Shown here in pieces: positions 59,426 through 64,000 of a DNA stretch of 64,000 bases. Source of the DNA: Candidatus Latescibacterota bacterium. Lineage in GTDB: Bacteria; Latescibacterota; UBA2968. The position numbers and the translations under genes are program-made. Where the stretch lies: NCBI GenBank assembly GCA_965205975.1, contig OZ242195.1, positions 5,248,001 to 5,312,000 on the forward strand, given 5' to 3'. Numbering within the stretch: position 1 is the first letter of the stretch; each line of letters begins with the position of its first letter. Under the pieces are notes generated by a model, which saw only the letters and a list, made by a program, of their open reading frames with translations, had not been told where the DNA came from and made no database searches.

Positions 59426-61408
59426 TTGAAAAAAGGGTTGGGTTTGAAGAGTACTATTATATCAAAAGTGACGCGGCGATCCCTGATAATCGGTCTGGTC
59501 ATGGCGGCGTGGGTCAATTTTTGGCCTGTGTACGCGAGTCTGGTGCTGCATTCCACGCGCGCTGACCACGCGCATTTGTCCGTGGCTCTGCTCATTCCGT
59601 ATTTGTTTTTGCTGGTGGGCAATCTGTTTCTGGGACAGCGCAGTTTGTCGCCATCTGAGTTGCTGGTCGTGTGTTGCATAGGCATAGTGGCTGCGTGTAT
59701 GCAGGGTGAGTGGTTGTCGAATTATTTGCTCGAAGCGCTTACTATGCCGCACTATTTTGCGTCGGCAGAGAACCGATGGGGAGAATTGCTGTTGCCGCAT
59801 TTGCCGGGGTGGGCTGTGGTAAATGATCGTGCGGCTGTGACGCATTTTTACGAGGGACTTCCGCCCGGGGAGGGGTTTCCGTGGCGTTTGTGGATTGCCC
59901 CGCTGTTCTGGTGGGGCACTTTTTTGGGTGCTATACTGGGTGTTAATCTTTGCTTGAGCGTGATTTTGCGAAAGCAGTGGATGGCGCACGAGCGGTTGGC
60001 TTTTCCCGTGGCGCGCGCGCTTTTGGAACTGACGGGTGTGTCTGGAACAGGCGGCACGCTTTCATCTCTGGTGCGGTCGCGATTTTTTCTGGTGGGATTT
60101 GCAGTCACCTTTCTGATTATTTGCTGGTTTATGCTTACCTGGTTTTATGTGGCTGTGCCGCCGCCGCCCATTTTGAGTGGGAATTTTGCGTCTAAATTGT
60201 TGCCGCTTGCGCGGGGTTTTCCGCCTTTTCAGTTTCGGTTCAGTATTTTGACACTGGTGTTTGGCTATTTCACGAATCTGGAAGTGCTGTTTTCAATCTG
60301 GTTTTTTCATGTGCTGGCTATTGTGCAGGCCGGGGTGTTTAATCGCATTGGTCTGGAAGTGGGGAGTGTGGATCCGTGGGGATCTTTTCACGCGGCGGTG
60401 GGATGGCAGAGTTTTGGGGGGATGATTGTCTTTGTCGGCTGGGGTTTGTGGATTGCGCGGTCGCATTTGCGGGATGTTTTTCGCAAAGCGTTCTGGGGCG
60501 ATGATCGGGTGGATGATACGGGGGAATTGATGTCGTATCGGACCTCTGTGTGGATGATGCTGGGCTGTTCTGTATATCTTCTGTTGTGGTTGAAAAGTGC
60601 GGGTATGGCTTGGGGACCCATTCTGGCATTTTATTTTGCCACGCTGGTCTTGTATTTGGGACTGGCGCGGATTATGGTGGAGAGCGGGCTTATATTTTTG
60701 CGGGGGCCGATCACGGCGCAGGCTTTTACCTGGCATTTGTTCGGCGTTTTGGGCATGGGCCCGGGCAGTGCGGTGATTTTGACGCTGACCAATGCGTTTG
60801 CCTGCGATGCCAAGACGTTTGCGATGACGCCTATGGCGCATGTGCCGAGGTTGGGTATGGCGATAAATAGCAGGTTGCGCAAAGTGCTCGCGCCGGGTGT
60901 GATGTTGGGGGCATTGATTGGGGCTGTGACGGCTGTGGGATTTATTTTGTATTACGGCTATTACGTGATGGGGAGTTACAACTTTGGGACTGTGAGTTTT
61001 CGGGGGATTGGGGCGCTGAATCTGGCGGGGTTTAACCAACTCGCTGTGGGGCGCATTCAAGCCGGGACAATGGGTACGAGTTGGGATCGCATCGGTTTTT
61101 TGGGGGTTGGTGCCGCATTTACGGGATTGTTGTTTTTTTTGCGGTATCGGTTTCCGGGGTTTCCGCTTCATCCGATTGGGTTTACGATTTCAGCTTCTGC
61201 ACCGCTTCGCAATACGACACTGACGATTTTTATGGTTTGGGCTTTGAAGACGATTGTTTTGCGGCTTGGTGGATTGGAGCGCTATCGCAGGTTGACACCG
61301 CTTTTTCTGGGGATGATGGTTGCTTATATGGCGGGCACGGCAATCGGCGTTGTTGTGGATTGGATCTGGTTCCGCGGACAGGGGCATATGATCCATGTCG
61401 CGTGGTGA
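59426..61408 (+). CDS. DUF6785/DUF6784-type polytopic membrane protein (putative transporter)
   Basis: ILRKQWMAHERLAFP, LARIMVESG, FPGFPLHPIG, GGLERYRRLTPLFLG; many TM segments. Confidence 0.75.
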   Translation: MKKGLGLKSTIISKVTRRSLIIGLVMAAWVNFWPVYASLVLHSTRADHAHLSVALLIPYLFLLVGNLFLGQRSLSPSELLVVCCIGIVAACMQGEWLSNYLLEALTMPHYFASAENRWGELLLPHLPGWAVVNDRAAVTHFYEGLPPGEGFPWRLWIAPLFWWGTFLGAILGVNLCLSVILRKQWMAHERLAFPVARALLELTGVSGTGGTLSSLVRSRFFLVGFAVTFLIICWFMLTWFYVAVPPPPILSGNFASKLLPLARGFPPFQFRFSILTLVFGYFTNLEVLFSIWFFHVLAIVQAGVFNRIGLEVGSVDPWGSFHAAVGWQSFGGMIVFVGWGLWIARSHLRDVFRKAFWGDDRVDDTGELMSYRTSVWMMLGCSVYLLLWLKSAGMAWGPILAFYFATLVLYLGLARIMVESGLIFLRGPITAQAFTWHLFGVLGMGPGSAVILTLTNAFACDAKTFAMTPMAHVPRLGMAINSRLRKVLAPGVMLGALIGAVTAVGFILYYGYYVMGSYNFGTVSFRGIGALNLAGFNQLAVGRIQAGTMGTSWDRIGFLGVGAAFTGLLFFLRYRFPGFPLHPIGFTISASAPLRNTTLTIFMVWALKTIVLRLGGLERYRRLTPLFLGMMVAYMAGTAIGVVVDWIWFRGQGHMIHVAW

Positions 61409-61411
61409 GTG

Positions 61412-61450
61412 GACGAATAGACGAATAGACGAATAGACGAATAGACGAAT
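61412..61450 (+). repeat. Octamer tandem repeat GACGAATA x~5
   Basis: Read directly from the sequence, between convergent genes. Confidence 0.9.
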
Positions 61451-61491
61451 CAAGAGTTAGCGACACGAAGTAGAAACAGGTCCCCCTGTGT

Positions 61492-62466
61492 TCATCTGTG
61501 TTCATCTGTGGTTGCATTTATTAGCCGGTATAAATTTGGGATTGTCTCCCGGTGGTCGCCCTGAATATAATAGCTTTCGCCGCCGTCTCGTACCGTGCGA
61601 ACGAGGATGGTTTTGAAAGGGCGGTAGTAATAACGGGGATCGGTTTTGGGAGCTTCGGTGTCGAGGTCGTCGCCGAGGGGGATGAGGTCGAAGACTGCTG
61701 TGGTAAATTTGGCGATGTTGCGGCCTTCCTGGCGGGCGACATTGCGGGCCATGGCGAGGGCTTTGAGATAGACTTCAGGTCCCATGATGGCCGTGCCGAT
61801 GTTGAGGAGGACGCCGCCTTCGAGGTGGGTGATGGATTCTGTGAAAATTAAGAAGTCGGTGTAGGTGCTTGCGCCTATCGCGGCACCGTCGCAGTTGGGG
61901 TGTTCGTGAACGATGTCATAACCGATGCTGACGTGTGTTGTGATGGGGATATTGAGTCGGACAGCAGCGGCAAAAATGCTGATGTCTCTGTGTGGGAAGT
62001 TGCTTTCGAGGATGTTGCGCCCGACGGCTTCGCCCAGTCCAATGCCCTTTTGCGCCGCTGTTTGGGCGATGAGGTTGAGGTCGCCTGTTTCTGTCCATAG
62101 CCCAAATTCTCCGGTGCGGATATATCTGCCCACGCTTTCAGTGGTCGCGCCGATGCGGGCAAATTCGTAGTCGTGTATGGCGCAGGCGCCATTGCCCGCA
62201 ATATGAGTGATGAGGCCGCGTTCCATCAGGTCGATGAGATAGCGCGCGGCACCGGCGCGAATGACGTGTGCGCCGATTATGAAGATGATTGCGCGATTGT
62301 TTTGCCTGGCGCGTACTATTCGATCTGCGACGATGGAAAGGTTGGGGCTGTCAAAGGGAGGTATCGGCGCGTTGAGGTCGGGAATTTGATCGACAGAAAG
62401 ATCGTGTTCCCGCTGGTTGAGCGGTCGGAGTTTGAGTTTGGAGCGGTCGAAGATTTTGTAGGGCAT
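61492..62466 (-). CDS. Deoxyhypusine-synthase-like fold protein of unknown function
   Basis: GAHVIRAG, NGACAIHDYE, FGLWTETG, GLGEAVG, HVSIGYDIVHEHP, IGTAIMGPEVYLKAL. Confidence 0.6.
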   Translation of the reverse strand: MPYKIFDRSKLKLRPLNQREHDLSVDQIPDLNAPIPPFDSPNLSIVADRIVRARQNNRAIIFIIGAHVIRAGAARYLIDLMERGLITHIAGNGACAIHDYEFARIGATTESVGRYIRTGEFGLWTETGDLNLIAQTAAQKGIGLGEAVGRNILESNFPHRDISIFAAAVRLNIPITTHVSIGYDIVHEHPNCDGAAIGASTYTDFLIFTESITHLEGGVLLNIGTAIMGPEVYLKALAMARNVARQEGRNIAKFTTAVFDLIPLGDDLDTEAPKTDPRYYYRPFKTILVRTVRDGGESYYIQGDHRETIPNLYRLINATTDEHR

Positions 62467-62476
62467 ATTCGCGGTT

Positions 62477-63199
62477 CTAAATGTATTGGTATTCTTTCAT
62501 CGCGGGATGCAAGAACTCAAAATCATGGACGCCATCATCGGTTTTCCACCTGCCCACGGAATCGGGACGCACGATTACTTTGCCCAATGGAAATCCGAGG
62601 AATGCCTCTACCCGAGCAAATGTCTCTTCCTGATTTAATATCGCATCCTCAAATCGCACGGTGATACTGTGTTTGGGTACAGGCGTGGATTTCATGATTT
62701 CATACTGATACAACCAGGAAATCGCCCGCCGTTTGCGTATGTCGTCTGTGTGCGGATATTGAATATCGAAGTCGCGCAGATCATCTGTTTTGTGTCCGCT
62801 CAAAATACAATCGCGGGGGTCGCGCACCCAGTGAATGTATTTTGCATCGGGAAACATGCGCACGATCCACGGATAGACCAGTGTGGTTTCGGGTAATTTC
62901 CATCCGTAGTTCTCGTACCGATTTCTGGGGGCAAGCACGTCTTGCAAATAGGTTTCGACTAGGTGGGTAAATTCGGGATCGATGTCCATGGTGTGCAGGT
63001 CATCAAAATCCCACGATAATCCGCCATTCCAATTTACGTATTTTGCCATTACGCGGCACGCATCATACAGTGCCTGGGGAGGCATTTTATCGCCCGATGC
63101 ATTGATCAAGCGTCCCATGTACATACCGCTGGCATAGAGCGTGTGGGAGATCAAGCGCGTGCCCGAATGCCCACGTCCGATAACTGTGATTAAAGACAA
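62477..63199 (-). CDS. Sulfotransferase-family protein
   Basis: 5'-PSB-like IGRGHSGTRL, YGWKLP, 3'-PB HWVRDPRD, VRFED; TTG start after AGGAGG. Confidence 0.82.
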   Translation of the reverse strand: MSLITVIGRGHSGTRLISHTLYASGMYMGRLINASGDKMPPQALYDACRVMAKYVNWNGGLSWDFDDLHTMDIDPEFTHLVETYLQDVLAPRNRYENYGWKLPETTLVYPWIVRMFPDAKYIHWVRDPRDCILSGHKTDDLRDFDIQYPHTDDIRKRRAISWLYQYEIMKSTPVPKHSITVRFEDAILNQEETFARVEAFLGFPLGKVIVRPDSVGRWKTDDGVHDFEFLHPAMKEYQYI

Positions 63200-63209
63200 T
63201 GTTTCCTCC

Positions 63210-63983
63210 TTATAGTTTTTCTTCAAACTTGTTTTTTATGCGAGTTTTGTCGGCTGCATTTCCAAAGCCCAGGCTGAACCATCCCTCGTAGCCCATGGCG
63301 TTTAAGCGTTTGAAAAGTGCGTCAAAATCGATTGTGCCTTCTCCCGGTACCAGGTGTATTTCATAATCGCCATTGTTATCATTTATGCGTATCTGGCCAA
63401 TATTATCTACGCCAAAGGTATCGAGAAATCCCGCCCAGCCCTCGGGCACGAGATGACCATGTGCTACGTTGAAAGCCCATTTGAAGTGATCGGATTGAAT
63501 GGCATCAAAAAACCATTGCGTCTCTTCAACATTGTGCGGCAAATAGTGAATCTCGGCGTGTTCGGGTTCCAAATTGTGGTTTTCAAAATAGATCGATACA
63601 TCGGTTTTTTCCGCTCGATGTACCAGCCGCTTCATGCGTTCTATGGCAGCATCGCGGCGCGGACCTGTGTCGCCAAAGTGATAGCCCCCATGGCCGACGA
63701 TCCAGCCGCATCCCAACCGAACCGCGAGGTCAAAGTTGGCGTTCACATAGTCATCGACTGCTTCGGATAAAATTGGTACGTATTCGGCATTGTTAATGGC
63801 GGAGGAGGGATGTACGCCGATTTGCACAGCGTGTTTTTCACACAGGTCTCGAATGCGTTTTACGCGCGCATTGTCAAAAGAAGTTAGATTATTTGGGGGC
63901 ATGTCGGCTTGAAAGTCGATATAGCGAAGTTCATTTTCTGCACCCCATACAATACCCTCTTCAAGGGGTGTATTTCTGTCCAT
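63210..63983 (-). CDS. Sugar-phosphate isomerase/epimerase TIM-barrel protein (start may lie beyond the window)
   Basis: IVGHGG, FENHN, FNVAHGH, INDNNG..EIHLVPGEGTIDF. Confidence 0.82.
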   Translation of the reverse strand: MDRNTPLEEGIVWGAENELRYIDFQADMPPNNLTSFDNARVKRIRDLCEKHAVQIGVHPSSAINNAEYVPILSEAVDDYVNANFDLAVRLGCGWIVGHGGYHFGDTGPRRDAAIERMKRLVHRAEKTDVSIYFENHNLEPEHAEIHYLPHNVEETQWFFDAIQSDHFKWAFNVAHGHLVPEGWAGFLDTFGVDNIGQIRINDNNGDYEIHLVPGEGTIDFDALFKRLNAMGYEGWFSLGFGNAADKTRIKNKFEEKL

Positions 63984-64000
63984 GTTGTATCCAAATCGCC

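Overview
Gene-dense bacterial chromosome segment with no rRNA, tRNA, CRISPR array, transposase or integrase that I can recognise. The dockerin/EF-hand-tagged secreted proteins, a DUF6785-type membrane protein, many sulfatases and internalin-like LRRs suggest a Ca. Latescibacterota-like, possibly sponge-associated organism (inference only). The main result is a ~9.3 kb minus-strand envelope-stress locus (1-9300). It runs from a canonical sigma-54 promoter with paired upstream activator-like boxes through pspA, a 2-TM/winged-helix protein, two tandem PspB-like paralogs, an unlisted 56-aa 2-TM protein, an ECF sigma factor, NfeD, flotillin, a soluble TPR histidine kinase and a receiver-domain PspF-clade activator lacking the PspA-binding Trp, to a membrane PP2C phosphatase. 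This mixes parts of the Psp, Lia, SigW and Rsb systems. Other accessory loci: an ECF/anti-sigma/exported caspase-beta-barrel cassette followed by a dockerin-LRR-polyAsp protein; a leader peptide plus terminator upstream of guaB; a small toxin/immunity-like gene pair bracketed by ~40 bp inverted repeats; a TPR-ExbB-ExbD-ExbD-TonB-TPR cluster; a frameshifted DUF1445 gene; and several dispersed REP/MITE/oligomer repeats. The rest is housekeeping and catabolism (copA, His6-type hisA, thiL, guaB, nth, comM, five sulfatases, RND pump). All family calls are by motif recognition, without database searches.
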